A DNA stretch of 64,000 nucleotides from positions 704,001 through 768,000 of the forward strand of contig OZ242326.1 of the NCBI GenBank assembly GCA_965208325.1, given 5' to 3'. Positions 38,654-49,511 of the stretch are shown in pieces. This stretch comes from Candidatus Poribacteria bacterium. Lineage in GTDB: Bacteria; Poribacteria; WGA-4E; PCPOR2b. The position numbers and the translations under genes were made by a program. Position 1 is the stretch's first letter. Each line of letters starts with the position of its first letter. A model generated the notes under the pieces. It saw nothing but the letters and a program-made list of their open reading frames with translations, was not told the DNA's origin and ran no database searches.

Positions 38654-39424
38654 TCATTCGCGGGCGTCCTTCAGACTAGCCCACGTAACCACCAGAGAAC
38701 CTTCCGGCGAAACCGAAGTGGGATATTCAAGCAACGCCATAACGTCTTCGGCGCTAAAGGCGCGGCCGTAAAACCGTACATCGTCGAGACTCCCAACCAT
38801 ACATTGAATACCCATATGGCCAAAACGAATTGGAGACTGCTCGACAGCAACTCCTTCTGGTTGGGCAGTGCCATCCAAGTTACCGTTGACGTAGTGTGAA
38901 ATCATGTTTTCATCTGCGTTATAGGTGCCTACGATGAGATGCCATTCCCCCAACGCCAGCGGTTCGTCTTTCCAAGGGGTGCCGACCCACGGGGGAGCGT
39001 CCGAGGTATTTTTGACTTCAAAGCGTCCCCTGCCGTGGAGAACGTCGAGATTAAACTGGTTGCTGAAAATCAGCCTATTTTCAAACTGGGGCCATTCACC
39101 ACCCATACCGAGTTCATCCGGCCGAATCCAAGCGGTAATGGCAAAACTCCCTGTAAAAGTGAGGCTTTCAGAACCGGGTACTGAAGCATTGCCTGTGTTA
39201 TCGGTGAAACGGATAGCCTTGCCAAATCTACCATCATCTTCCCGTACGGCAGAACCGAGATTGCCATCGTTATCTCCAGCCGAGTCTTCGAGGACGTCTC
39301 CATCTCCCTCAAACTCGTAATGTGAGATGAGTCCCTCGTGCAACGTTGCAGACACCGGCGCAACCGACACGCACAAGAACACAAAAAGCGTTGAGACAAA
39401 ACTCAAAACCAACACACGTTGCAT
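38654..39424 (-). CDS. Secreted LamG-like jellyroll protein with C-terminal TW-x-x-K tail
   Basis: Signal peptide, GRFGKAI.F, WHLIVGTY, GSLDDVRFY and SVSPEGSLVVTWASLK. Confidence 0.87.
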   Translation of the reverse strand: MQRVLVLSFVSTLFVFLCVSVAPVSATLHEGLISHYEFEGDGDVLEDSAGDNDGNLGSAVREDDGRFGKAIRFTDNTGNASVPGSESLTFTGSFAITAWIRPDELGMGGEWPQFENRLIFSNQFNLDVLHGRGRFEVKNTSDAPPWVGTPWKDEPLALGEWHLIVGTYNADENMISHYVNGNLDGTAQPEGVAVEQSPIRFGHMGIQCMVGSLDDVRFYGRAFSAEDVMALLEYPTSVSPEGSLVVTWASLKDARE

Positions 39425-39517
39425 AAAATTTCCTCCAATTGTTTAATTGTTCAGTTTCAAATTGAATATCGGGTCAAGAAAATCAGCGCACCAGCGAATC
39501 TTTTCCCCTGCCCGTTT

Positions 39518-40348
39518 TCACCATTTTCCTTTCAGGTTTGCCCACGTGGTTGCGAGCCTACCCGAAGGTGACACAGCCACAAAAAGCCTGCCGTCCATAT
39601 CGCTTCTAATCTCGTCCTGCGTAAGCACGTGGTTGTAAAGTGCGACCTCATCCACAGCGCCGCCGAAGAACTCACCCGGTGCGTGGACTGAGTGGCTGCC
39701 GACCACAAAATGAGGCGATCCCTCGAACGTGGTGTTTCCTATAATCGAATTGTCGTTGTATATCAATTCACCGTTTAAATATGACTTTCGCGCCATGCCG
39801 TCGAACGTCATGGCGATATGATACCAGTTATCGGGTTGGATTTCGTTTTCGGCTTTGAACTCGCTGAAAGGCGGGAATTGTCGATTTGTGCCTTCAATAT
39901 TCAGCCAACTCAGGAACTGTTTCTTTTCGATGCCGATCTGGTGCCCAACCCACGGGTTGTTCCAGACTCTTGTGTCTCGGTAGGGTATTCCGGCCGCAAA
40001 CTGAATGGGCGACGGATTACGGACAGTCACCCACGCTTCCAGCGTTATGTCCTTCGGTAATCGCAAATTGGGATGATCATCAAATGTAATCATACCGGTT
40101 TCACCATCGAAGTCTATAGCCGAACCGAGTTGACCTTTGACCCAAACCGCACCGTCATTCAGTGTCCCTACGTACCCACTCCCACTCTTGTCTTGGGTGG
40201 AATTTCCGCTGCCTTCCTCAAAAGGAAGATATAGGAGTAGCTCGGCTACTCCAGTCCCAACAAACCCTGCTAGCAACAAGACGAGTCCACAAACTACAGT
40301 ATTTAACTTCATTGTTAACGTCCTATATTCAAATCTCGTTGTATCCAA
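39518..40348 (-). CDS. Secreted LamG-like jellyroll protein with C-terminal TW-x-x-K tail
   Basis: LYLPFEEGSG, WYHIAMTFDG, GAVDEVALY and AVSPSGRLATTWANLK. True start may be the internal Met (MKLN). Confidence 0.87.
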   Translation of the reverse strand: MDTTRFEYRTLTMKLNTVVCGLVLLLAGFVGTGVAELLLYLPFEEGSGNSTQDKSGSGYVGTLNDGAVWVKGQLGSAIDFDGETGMITFDDHPNLRLPKDITLEAWVTVRNPSPIQFAAGIPYRDTRVWNNPWVGHQIGIEKKQFLSWLNIEGTNRQFPPFSEFKAENEIQPDNWYHIAMTFDGMARKSYLNGELIYNDNSIIGNTTFEGSPHFVVGSHSVHAPGEFFGGAVDEVALYNHVLTQDEIRSDMDGRLFVAVSPSGRLATTWANLKGKW

Positions 40349-40552
40349 ATTTCCTCGTTTTAATCAATTTACACGTCGTGGCTGCCTTGCCCGATGCCGA
40401 AACGATGAGCGACCCATTCACCGTGTCCGCAAAGCCAAACCCAACAAATCCATTATAAAGGATTATCAAAATAAAAACAAGTACAAATCGGCTATGTAAA
40501 GACGACTAACCACGCCTATACTATTGTCTTGCTGTGTAGTCGGCTAATTGTC

Positions 40553-41530
40553 CTATCCTTCCACCCCTCCGCCGTATGATGTATCACCTGCTGTCCTATC
40601 TTCCACCAATCCACCGGCATCTACCCAGTCTTTGATGCTCCGAATGCTATCCGCTACCGAGTAAATCGGCTCGAAACCCATGCGCGCTTTGGCTTTCGAC
40701 ATATCGAAGGAGATTTCACCTCCCTGCGCCATACTCCACGGGAACCCAACATCTACCTCTAGGTTTGGCGAAAGACGTTTGATAATCTCAACAAATTCTG
40801 AACCCCGCGTTGGGTTGGGACCGCAGCAGTTAAAGATTTGGCCCGCGGCGGCTGGATGCACCGCGGCAGCGATATGCATGCGGGCCACATCCCGGTAATC
40901 CACATAGTGGCAAAGTTCTTCGTTGGAAAAGTGTGGAATTTCAACTCGCACCCCTTCTTCCAATTGCTCTGCGAATTTACGCCAACCGCGTCCGCCTCCC
41001 CGCCCAAACGGACCGATAACGGCAGTCAACCGCAACACGGTCGCCGGAAGATTGAATTGATGGTAGTAGGTCAGCGCTAACTCTTCCTGCATTCGCTTTG
41101 TCGTCGAATACATGTCCTGCGGACGGCAGGGATGGTTCTCATCGACAGGCATGTAATCGGGAGGGTTAAACTTTGTTGCAGGATACCATTCATACGCGGA
41201 TATGCTACTAGCCAGTACGAAGCGATTTACTTCCATCATGCGTGCATTTTCAAGGAGGTTTTGCAAGCCGTTGACATTGACATCCACCATCTGAAGCGGA
41301 TCGCCAGTGTCACCCGGCAGTGAAGCGAGATGCATGATACAATCGAACGATTTATCTTTCAACGCCAGGTTCAGTTCGTCAGCTTTGGTCAAGTCTGCTT
41401 GGATAAAAGAAATATTTTCGCTCGGCTGTGAACGCCCGAGGGCGGTGACTGACTTCCCATTTGCCAACAACTGATGAACGACTTCACGGCCGACGTATCC
41501 GGTCACACCCGTTACCAGTACATTTTGCAT
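40553..41530 (-). CDS. NAD-dependent epimerase/dehydratase (extended SDR)
   Basis: VLVTGVTGYVG, HLAS, ASSISAY and YSTTK motifs. Start moved to ATG 41530. Confidence 0.88.
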   Translation of the reverse strand: MQNVLVTGVTGYVGREVVHQLLANGKSVTALGRSQPSENISFIQADLTKADELNLALKDKSFDCIMHLASLPGDTGDPLQMVDVNVNGLQNLLENARMMEVNRFVLASSISAYEWYPATKFNPPDYMPVDENHPCRPQDMYSTTKRMQEELALTYYHQFNLPATVLRLTAVIGPFGRGGGRGWRKFAEQLEEGVRVEIPHFSNEELCHYVDYRDVARMHIAAAVHPAAAGQIFNCCGPNPTRGSEFVEIIKRLSPNLEVDVGFPWSMAQGGEISFDMSKAKARMGFEPIYSVADSIRSIKDWVDAGGLVEDRTAGDTSYGGGVEG

Positions 41531-41535
41531 TATCT

Positions 41536-42711
41536 TCAAGCCTCCTTTGGCGGCGGGATGTAATACGGAGGAATTACCTCTTCCGTTAACGGCAGATCGA
41601 CCCACCCACCGGTCTCCATACTCTTCCAAATTGCGCACATCACCTCGACAGCGCGGGCACCATCCTCGCCGCTTACTAGCGGCGGTTTATCGTTGATTAT
41701 GCAGTCCAAGAAATGTTCGGCCATACGCTCATAGTTATTCGGCCGCCGGGGAGGGCAGATGGGTACCCATCGTTTGCGGACATTCTCGTCAATGATGTCC
41801 TCAACCCAGAAGAGCTCTGGCCAACGATAATCCTTCAAAATCTGGGGCAACGTATCGACTGTAAAATCCTTATTGGTAAAAACTGCCATAGGCCAACTCT
41901 GAAAAGGGTTTGTGGCATCTGTCGCGGTAAATATTGTTCCCTCCGTACCGCATAATTCCGTCGCTTGGTTCACTGCCGGTGAAAATCGATTGCAGCTTAT
42001 CGTGCCAAACGCACCATTCTCGAACTCGACCATGACTAGAGCGGTGTCATCGCACAGGGTGTAACTTTCCGGCATTGCTAACCGTTTGGCTACGCCGACC
42101 GTCCTCTTGACTTTGCTGTCGTTCAGCCATGTCAATAAATCGATGGCGTGCGCCCCCGTATCGTTCAGTGCCGCGCCTCCCGCAACCTCGCAGTCCAGGC
42201 GAAACCCAGTTTTAGCTACGTGGTTTTGGTAGTTGTGCCAATGTTCGTGCAGCGAAGCCCGGCTCATTAACAAATTGCCAATCGCACCGCCTTCAATCAA
42301 TTCTTTTGCCCATTGATTGTGCGTCCAAAAACGCCGGTCGCAACCAACCATGAGTTTCACGCCAGCATCATTGCATGCGTCAACGATTTCCCACGCTTCC
42401 GTATTAGTTACGGCGAGCGGTTTTTCCACCACGACATTCACGCCGGCGTTCGCAGCGGCAACAGCGATGTTTCGGTGAACATTGTTCGGAGCAGCAATCA
42501 CCACCGCGTCAAGGTTAACCTTGTCAAACATAATCCGGTAGTCCGTGAACCACGCTTCTGCCCCCCATTTGGCGGCAGATGACTGCGCCTGTTCTTCGTC
42601 TACATCACAGACTGAAAGTAGTCTCGCTTCCTTCCGCTGGTCGATTGACGGAAAGTGGGCAATCTCTGCAATGCTTCCGCACCCGATAATCCCCATTTTA
42701 ATGTCAGCCAT
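41536..42711 (-). CDS. Gfo/Idh/MocA family oxidoreductase
   Basis: GIIGCGSIA, VEKPLA and GGA..D.G.H.ID motifs. Confidence 0.92.
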   Translation of the reverse strand: MADIKMGIIGCGSIAEIAHFPSIDQRKEARLLSVCDVDEEQAQSSAAKWGAEAWFTDYRIMFDKVNLDAVVIAAPNNVHRNIAVAAANAGVNVVVEKPLAVTNTEAWEIVDACNDAGVKLMVGCDRRFWTHNQWAKELIEGGAIGNLLMSRASLHEHWHNYQNHVAKTGFRLDCEVAGGAALNDTGAHAIDLLTWLNDSKVKRTVGVAKRLAMPESYTLCDDTALVMVEFENGAFGTISCNRFSPAVNQATELCGTEGTIFTATDATNPFQSWPMAVFTNKDFTVDTLPQILKDYRWPELFWVEDIIDENVRKRWVPICPPRRPNNYERMAEHFLDCIINDKPPLVSGEDGARAVEVMCAIWKSMETGGWVDLPLTEEVIPPYYIPPPKEA

Positions 42712-42756
42712 TTAACATTCCCTTACTCAAAAATTTTCCATTCCAAACTCGTCGAA

Positions 42757-43668
42757 TTAATATCCCTCATCTGCTCGTGCTTGAACCCGCGAGCGGGTTG
42801 GCATGCGGTCTAACCGTACGCCTCCGGTTTGCTCAATCACAGATATTGCCGTAGCGCAGCCCCATTGCGCAGCTTTCAAAGGATCGGCACTTCGGAGATA
42901 TTCGGAAAGAAATCCCGCCATAAACGTATCGCCGCCGCCGGTTGTATCCATCACTTTACCGCGCAGTGGTGGAACATGCCATTGTTTACCAGCGCTATGC
43001 ACTAATGCACCCTTTGCGCCCATAGTAATTACGACGACGTTCGGTCCGGAATCCAACAACCGCATCGCCGCTTCAACCGGGTTATTCCAGCCGAAAATCG
43101 TCGCTGCGTCTTCATCCGAAGCTTTGACAATGTCAAAGTGTTCAGAAACCCCGCATGCCAATTCTGAAAGCGAAGCGACCGCATCGCGATTGACCTTGCT
43201 CATATGCACGCCGCCATAACCTCCAAGGTCCACCGCACTGGTTTCTCCTAGCTTAACGACATCGGCGATATCTTCTGGAACTACATCGTTATCCATCGGA
43301 CAAAGATAGATTAGACGGCATCCGTGGTAGGACTCAGGTATATCCGCTGCGTTAATTGGCGGCGCCTTGCTCGGATAGCGGATTTCTTTGTTTCCATTTT
43401 CGTCATAATTTAACTCGGTTGTCGTCGTTCGATCGCGGTTTTGCACCCCGGCGGTATCGACCCCTGCGTCAATTATGAGTTGCAGCAAATCTTGCGGCAT
43501 GTCAGGACCGATTTTGGTCGATATTCCTGTTGCCGTGCCCTGGCGGCTTGCTGCGACGGAGCAATAGGCTGGCGGACTCCCCAGAAAAGGTCCTTTGACG
43601 CCGTCGGGGAAGTATATCATCTCCGAAATCACATGACCGACGCAAACTAGATCAGGAGTTGAATCCAT
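42757..43668 (-). CDS. PfkB family carbohydrate kinase
   Basis: VITMGAKG and DTTGGGDTF signature. Confidence 0.9.
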   Translation of the reverse strand: MDSTPDLVCVGHVISEMIYFPDGVKGPFLGSPPAYCSVAASRQGTATGISTKIGPDMPQDLLQLIIDAGVDTAGVQNRDRTTTTELNYDENGNKEIRYPSKAPPINAADIPESYHGCRLIYLCPMDNDVVPEDIADVVKLGETSAVDLGGYGGVHMSKVNRDAVASLSELACGVSEHFDIVKASDEDAATIFGWNNPVEAAMRLLDSGPNVVVITMGAKGALVHSAGKQWHVPPLRGKVMDTTGGGDTFMAGFLSEYLRSADPLKAAQWGCATAISVIEQTGGVRLDRMPTRSRVQARADEGY

Positions 43669-43804
43669 TTATCACCGCGTTATTTGAATGCGCTGCCGAT
43701 AGAAAATAAGAAGTCTCACTAAAATATTATCAGTATTGTCAAACGTTGCCGCCGGATTCTGAGGCATAATATTTGGCTATGTTTTTGAGCGTGGTCAACG
43801 GTTT

Positions 43805-46111
43805 TCACGCCTTTGCTGCGCGCGCCACCCGGTCAACTAACTCACCGGGGGCGCAGAACGATTCAAGGGTGTGCCCAAGTACTGCAACCGGGAAACTGCA
43901 CAACATAGTGTTATGGTAATATTCAAGACCCCACCGGTGAAAGCCGCTTGGAGTCAACCCGCCAGGCATATCCCAAGCCATCTGCAAATCAATTACGAGT
44001 CGATGCCAGACGCGGTGCATTAGTTCCAAGCCTTGCGCACGATTCCCTTCATAGATGGCTACCATTGACGGTACATGTGTGGAATAGGACGGGTGAAGCC
44101 CGGTTGAATAGAAGCCTTCCGTATCCTCACCGCCGTCAGGCCGAATCGCGATTCTCACACCATGCGGCGTAATATTATGGCGCCATACTGTTTCGAGGAC
44201 CGACTTTACTCGGTTTTCCGGAAAAACGCCATCTAACCCATGAAGGTGCGTAAACCACTGTCCAATCAGTTGATCGGACAACACGGATTCCGAGCGTTTT
44301 CCGGTTTCCGGTTGGTGAAATAGCAAAAAGGACTCGGATGCTTGGTTCCAGAGTTTCTCCTCCATAGAGCGGCTTCCCTTTGAGATCCACGCGCGGCAAT
44401 CCTCGGCAAATGCGTTATCGCCCCGATGTGTTGCCATTCGCTCAACAATTCGCAAAGTAGCCAGCCAATATCCGGAAACATGAACGGCTGCACCCGCCAT
44501 TGTAGGCCAGTTGTCGTAATACTGATTGCTCCCTGCCACGTCAATTAGGCCGTCGTCGTCCTGATCCACTGTCTTCATGAAGTTCAACTGCGCCTTGACC
44601 GAATCATAATACTCTTCTAGGAAATCGTCCTCACCGGTAACCTGCCAATACCGATCGACCATATGAATATAAATCATCCCGTCCATCGGCAGCTGCTGGT
44701 CATACCAAGGCTGATCCGGCTCTGTACCCGAACCAAGGGTGGAAGGTACTTGCCCGTTCCGGCGTTGGTAGTGTTTAAATTGCCGCAGCTTATTGCGTGC
44801 CAAATCGGGAAAGAATATGTTCAGCGGCCATTCCCCAAACTCGTCGTTGGCGATACAAGACTGCTGAGGACAGGAGAGAAGGCTCTCATTCACGCAGAAA
44901 AGTCCGTCCTCACCCCACCAGTGATTCGGATCGAGGCTCTTAAGCCAGAAACTCTCCTGAGGTAGCACGGCAAACACGTTAATCAACGCATCTCTCAACC
45001 AGATTGGCAGCCTTTCGTCTGCGTAAATTATTTCTTGCCAAGCCAATATGCGTCCCAATAAAGCGTCGTGTTGCGCCGCTAAATGTTCCGCAACGTCCTG
45101 CGCACCTTGAAATCTCGCAGCGTACATGTGCTGGTATTCGTTGAGGGTTACTTCTTCCTTTCTGCCCATTGCACGCCAATAAGGGGCATACCAACTCAGC
45201 ACAAAGTTTACAGTCCGGTATTGCCCCGGTTGCAGCGCAAAATCGATCGCGACGCTAGCGCCCGCATCAGTTGATTCGGGCGTTGGAAGGATTCCGCCGA
45301 GAGCGTCCCAGCCACTCCCCTCCAGTTCACCGCCAATTCGTACGTCATTTTCCCCCGCCGCGCCAAGCGCATAACTGTACGGCATGTCTTCCCAGTTGGT
45401 GTCCACTGTGACACCTGTGAACACTCCCTCGACGTCTTGGCGATCGTATTCGACTTGACGGACAACGGGCTGTCTGAGGCCGTGCGCGTTAAACGCCATC
45501 TCTTCTCGGCGGGGACCATGAAAACTGAAACCAAGACTGCCCTCCTGTAATACGCCGCTAGTATTATTCAGGCAGACTTGAAACACCGCTCCGGGAACGT
45601 TGCAACTCACTCCATCTCTTGGAAAAAACGGCGCCCATGCCCGCAGATTGACGCCGATAGGTGCATCAATCTCATACTCCAAGTCCGCGACAGGATAATG
45701 CCCCCAATAATGGATTTGGCTAGCCGACTCAATCCCCTTTATCTGCTTCAATGAAAGAACGTAAGTTTTGTTTCCTACCGACAAACCTAGGAACGGCAAT
45801 TTTAAACTGGGGATATCGGATCTGTGGCGAGTAAAAATAACGAGTCCGTCGGTTCCGCCTCGGGCAGACGCAAGACGGTCACGCTCCAAGAATGCGTTAA
45901 AAATGGTACTGTAGTAGTTGAGCGTTCCATCTGTGCCCAGAGCAATTGCCCCAGTCCCTAAGCCGCCAAGCGGAACGCCCGGATCAACCTTAGCGTCGCG
46001 GACGATTACACCAGCCACCGGCCGCGCGTAGCCCTTTGCCTTGAATTCCACCCATTCCGGCCCGGGCAAGTCCGTAGGAAATAGTGGCATCTGTTTGACG
46101 CTGTTCGTCAT
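43805..46111 (-). CDS. GH116-like (non-lysosomal glucosylceramidase type) glycoside hydrolase
   Basis: GVPLGGLGTG, YWGHYPVA, D.D.DGLI, NQYYD.W and SDQL.GQW motifs; no signal peptide. Confidence 0.8.
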   Translation of the reverse strand: MTNSVKQMPLFPTDLPGPEWVEFKAKGYARPVAGVIVRDAKVDPGVPLGGLGTGAIALGTDGTLNYYSTIFNAFLERDRLASARGGTDGLVIFTRHRSDIPSLKLPFLGLSVGNKTYVLSLKQIKGIESASQIHYWGHYPVADLEYEIDAPIGVNLRAWAPFFPRDGVSCNVPGAVFQVCLNNTSGVLQEGSLGFSFHGPRREEMAFNAHGLRQPVVRQVEYDRQDVEGVFTGVTVDTNWEDMPYSYALGAAGENDVRIGGELEGSGWDALGGILPTPESTDAGASVAIDFALQPGQYRTVNFVLSWYAPYWRAMGRKEEVTLNEYQHMYAARFQGAQDVAEHLAAQHDALLGRILAWQEIIYADERLPIWLRDALINVFAVLPQESFWLKSLDPNHWWGEDGLFCVNESLLSCPQQSCIANDEFGEWPLNIFFPDLARNKLRQFKHYQRRNGQVPSTLGSGTEPDQPWYDQQLPMDGMIYIHMVDRYWQVTGEDDFLEEYYDSVKAQLNFMKTVDQDDDGLIDVAGSNQYYDNWPTMAGAAVHVSGYWLATLRIVERMATHRGDNAFAEDCRAWISKGSRSMEEKLWNQASESFLLFHQPETGKRSESVLSDQLIGQWFTHLHGLDGVFPENRVKSVLETVWRHNITPHGVRIAIRPDGGEDTEGFYSTGLHPSYSTHVPSMVAIYEGNRAQGLELMHRVWHRLVIDLQMAWDMPGGLTPSGFHRWGLEYYHNTMLCSFPVAVLGHTLESFCAPGELVDRVARAAKA

Positions 46112-46147
46112 ATTTTCATGTCCTTCTGAATCTATTGGCGTTGGTTG

Positions 46148-46924
46148 TTAGTAATTGCGCGCCGCTGCCGCGGCGCTATAGATGCTATTTTGGGCGGGCA
46201 CCCGGCGAATGTCGGAGTAGGTGACTACCTTGCAGAGTTCCCGGCCGCCATCCATCACCGGCGTCGGCTTGCGCAGTATAAATTCCGCAATATCGAAGGC
46301 ATTGTAGCACACAAACGCCACAGAAAACCGTTCGATTGAACGCTCGGAAGAACAAGTTAAGTCCGGGAACGGAAGCGGACCTGAATCTACCTGGAACAAT
46401 TCATGCTCCCGGTTAATATTCATCGTCTTAATTGGGTATTCAATTATCGCACGAACGCTCGTCACTTCGTTCCAAATCGTGGTCCGACCTATCAGCGCTT
46501 CATTCGCTTGGGTCGATTGGATTATCTGCTCTGAATTCACGAGAGTTTGGATTACCGGGTGCGTCCGTATTGAAAGGTTAAAGTCCGTAAACCAATCCTG
46601 GATGAGGAATGCGGTGTGCTTTACTTTATTATCGGTAATGCCATACCCGACATTAAGGAATTCAGATTCTGACCAAATGGCGCAGTATTCGCCGCTTGGA
46701 AACTGAAAGAGTGTGTCTGAGCGGTACATCCATTCGGTACGGCAGGGGGTAATTAGAAAGAACTCCTCCGAAGCCCCGTCCTCTTCATTTATAATTTTGC
46801 AGCGGGCATCCAGTTGAATTCGCGCACTGTTGCGAATGTGCATGTGTCCCGGTGTTCGCTCGTCATCGGGATTGGGTTCGACAACCCAAGTCATATACGA
46901 ATTGTAAAAATCGCAAATGTCCAT
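46148..46924 (-). CDS. Hypothetical protein
   Basis: Long ORF co-oriented with the catabolic cluster; start placed at MDICDF (uncertain). Confidence 0.65.
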   Translation of the reverse strand: MDICDFYNSYMTWVVEPNPDDERTPGHMHIRNSARIQLDARCKIINEEDGASEEFFLITPCRTEWMYRSDTLFQFPSGEYCAIWSESEFLNVGYGITDNKVKHTAFLIQDWFTDFNLSIRTHPVIQTLVNSEQIIQSTQANEALIGRTTIWNEVTSVRAIIEYPIKTMNINREHELFQVDSGPLPFPDLTCSSERSIERFSVAFVCYNAFDIAEFILRKPTPVMDGGRELCKVVTYSDIRRVPAQNSIYSAAAAARNY

Positions 46925-47024
46925 GGCGAATCGCGGTTCCCGTGTAGCAAGGCGCAATTTTTAACCGTAGATGGGTCGTAAGTGAAACCGAGACAGGCAA
47001 TGAGTGCATGACACAATAATGAAG

Positions 47025-47072
47025 AAAAGGTCGGCGCGCGCACAAACGTAACGTGCGGGCCGACCCTTTTTT
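47025..47072. terminator. Probable bidirectional intrinsic terminator
   Basis: AAAAGGTCGGC...GCCGACCCTTTTTT GC-rich stem flanked by A and T runs. Confidence 0.65.
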
Positions 47073-47189
47073 ATTCGGTGTCATCTAAAACTCAACTCAT
47101 GGAATCGCGGCAATCGCGATGCGACTGCATTAGCTGCCGCGGTCAAACCCATAACCTTGAAAGATTCCGCGTGTATTGAGTCGGAAAGA

Positions 47190-48050
47190 TTACTGTTTTT
47201 TGAGTCGAGCCCAAGTGGTGACGAGTTTAGACCTCGCCTCAACAGAAGTGAGTGATGCCAAGTTTGTGCTAGCAAGTTCGGCAATTTCATCAGCAGAAAG
47301 TGCGCGGTCAAAAAGCGCTACATCATCGATCATACCGTCAATGAATTTGTAATTGTCGACTTCACCCCCGTGTCCTCGTGATGTCCCCAAGTAAATTGGG
47401 TGATCCGGGAAAACGGCGTAAGGAGCTGTCAATGTAACGGGCTCCATACCCGAGCGGTGATGGAACCCCCAAGTAACATCAGCCGGAACTCCGTTAAGGA
47501 ATGCCTGCAGCGTTTGTCCGTTTGCAACTTGCGCCATGTGTATCCAGGTGTTCAGTTCGTACGAATTATCGACGTTTAACCACCCTTCCGCATTGTGCGC
47601 ATCCGGTTCTTGCTCGCCGTCGACAGCCCCCTTAATATTGTTGGAACCATATGAAAGACTAGTGTCGTTAGAGGTAATCAATCGTATGTGAAAGTGCGGC
47701 CCCCATCCGACTTTTTCGCCCTTAAACATGATGCCGCCGTGATCGCCGGAGGCTCTAATGAACGCCCGCACGGCGTGCGTGAATGCGTTTTCCATCGCAT
47801 CCATAGTAGGATGGTGCGGTATTTCCGCGTAGGCATCGACGCCGTTGACATCAAGGGCGCGTCCGTGCATGCCGTCGGAATAACCGGCGCGGCCCACTAA
47901 TTTGCCGTTAGCGTTTCCCATCAAATCATTTACGTTGTCGCCCTCAAATGTCCACGCAGAAATTAGGCCGTCCGTCAAGGCAGCCGAAGCGACGCTAGTC
48001 ACAACGCAAAATAGCAAAATCACAAAGATTCGAGTATACAAACGTAACAT
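47190..48050 (-). CDS. Secreted LamG-like jellyroll protein with C-terminal TW-x-x-K tail
   Basis: Signal peptide, LISAWTFE, WIHMA, GMIDDVALFDRAL and SVEARSKLVTTWARLK. Confidence 0.87.
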   Translation of the reverse strand: MLRLYTRIFVILLFCVVTSVASAALTDGLISAWTFEGDNVNDLMGNANGKLVGRAGYSDGMHGRALDVNGVDAYAEIPHHPTMDAMENAFTHAVRAFIRASGDHGGIMFKGEKVGWGPHFHIRLITSNDTSLSYGSNNIKGAVDGEQEPDAHNAEGWLNVDNSYELNTWIHMAQVANGQTLQAFLNGVPADVTWGFHHRSGMEPVTLTAPYAVFPDHPIYLGTSRGHGGEVDNYKFIDGMIDDVALFDRALSADEIAELASTNLASLTSVEARSKLVTTWARLKKQ

Positions 48051-48406
48051 TATTAATCTCCTTATTTGGAAGTGTAAATACTAAACTTAAAGTGAATTCT
48101 TTCAAATTCACGCGTCGTAAATCATTAATTGCGCTCGACTTTGGATTCAACACAATTTTGTGCAAACCGTTAATGATTGCACCAGTATTAAAATCAACTT
48201 GGATGTTGCTTCCCTGCAGTCTCCGGTTTCGCGTTAACCGTACAAGCTTTTTCCCAGAATCCGCAAGCTGTTGAGGCGGAATGCCATTTTATCACGCAAG
48301 TGACCTATGATTCACCTCCTTATTCCGATTTGTTCAGTACACCACTCAAATTGAATTGTGGCAATTTGCCGCTAATCCACGGTCTACCATGCAATTTTTC
48401 GTTCCC

Positions 48407-49441
48407 CTAACGCTCATGTTTTACTGCCAGTTTCATCTTTCCCCAAATTGCCGTTAGCTTGGCAGCCGGTGAAACTGAAAACGCAATCCGCGGATCGAAC
48501 CATGCGGGATACAGGTCATTTGATGCATTATTCGTTAGGTTGGTTGGGTTGCCCCCATCAGCGTCCATCACGTAAATTTCTACGTCTCCATCACGCAGAG
48601 AGGAAAATGCTATTCGCCTGCCGTCCGGTGACCATGCAGGATAATCGTCCCAACTGAATTCATTGGTCAGGTTCGTGGGATTCCCGCCGTCAGCGGCGTC
48701 GATTATGTATATTTCATTGTTAAAGTCCCGGGTCGCCGAAAAAGCAATCTTCAGGCCGGTTCGCGTCTGCCAGGCAGGATTTCTGTCATCGTTGGGATCG
48801 TCCGTCAGACGCTTTTGATTTTCACCATTCGCATCCATGGAATAGATTTCAAAATTTCCATCCCTACTGCTAGCCCAAGCAATCTTTTTCCCGTCGGGCG
48901 ACCAAGTAGGTTCCATATCCTGATCTTTATGCTTCGTAACTCGAAAAGTGTTTTCCTGATCACCAAATTCAGCAATTTCCCAAGGAGCGAAATCACCGTC
49001 CAGCGCCCTGACAACCCAAAGGTCGAAATTCCAGCCTTCATTAACATTTGCGTGGACGAATGCTATCCACTCACCGTCAGGCGACCAAGACGGTGTCAGG
49101 TCTCGCACGCCAGCAGTCAGTTTGCGGCTCTCCTTCCCTCCAGAATCCATAATGTGAATATGCTCCCAGTGCCCCCCTCGATTTGAGGCGAACACGATTC
49201 GCGTTCCATCCGGCGACCACGAAGGCGATAGGTCCCGAGCGCTGTCCTTCGTTAATTTTTTCGGATTCTGCCCGTCGACGTCCATTATCCAAATCTCTTC
49301 GTTCTTGCTTCTGTCGGATTCGAAAACGATTACGGCTCTATCGGGCGGTTCTTGCGCAACGCCGTGCATCGTCGAAAGACACACCGCCATCGCAATTGTA
49401 ACATATTGCCCAATGTACAGTAGCATGTTACGGTGATGCAT
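48407..49441 (-). CDS. Secreted TolB-like PD40 beta-propeller protein with C-terminal W-G-x-x-K tail
   Basis: Repeated P.WSPDG..I.F.S.R...EIY.MD; tail SVSPAAKLTAIWGKMK. Confidence 0.87.
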   Translation of the reverse strand: MHHRNMLLYIGQYVTIAMAVCLSTMHGVAQEPPDRAVIVFESDRSKNEEIWIMDVDGQNPKKLTKDSARDLSPSWSPDGTRIVFASNRGGHWEHIHIMDSGGKESRKLTAGVRDLTPSWSPDGEWIAFVHANVNEGWNFDLWVVRALDGDFAPWEIAEFGDQENTFRVTKHKDQDMEPTWSPDGKKIAWASSRDGNFEIYSMDANGENQKRLTDDPNDDRNPAWQTRTGLKIAFSATRDFNNEIYIIDAADGGNPTNLTNEFSWDDYPAWSPDGRRIAFSSLRDGDVEIYVMDADGGNPTNLTNNASNDLYPAWFDPRIAFSVSPAAKLTAIWGKMKLAVKHER

Positions 49442-49511
49442 GTGATCCCCCTTTGCATCTGCTCAATGTATTTAAATGACCACTCCCGCCGCTACATGGG
49501 TTCTTTACCGC

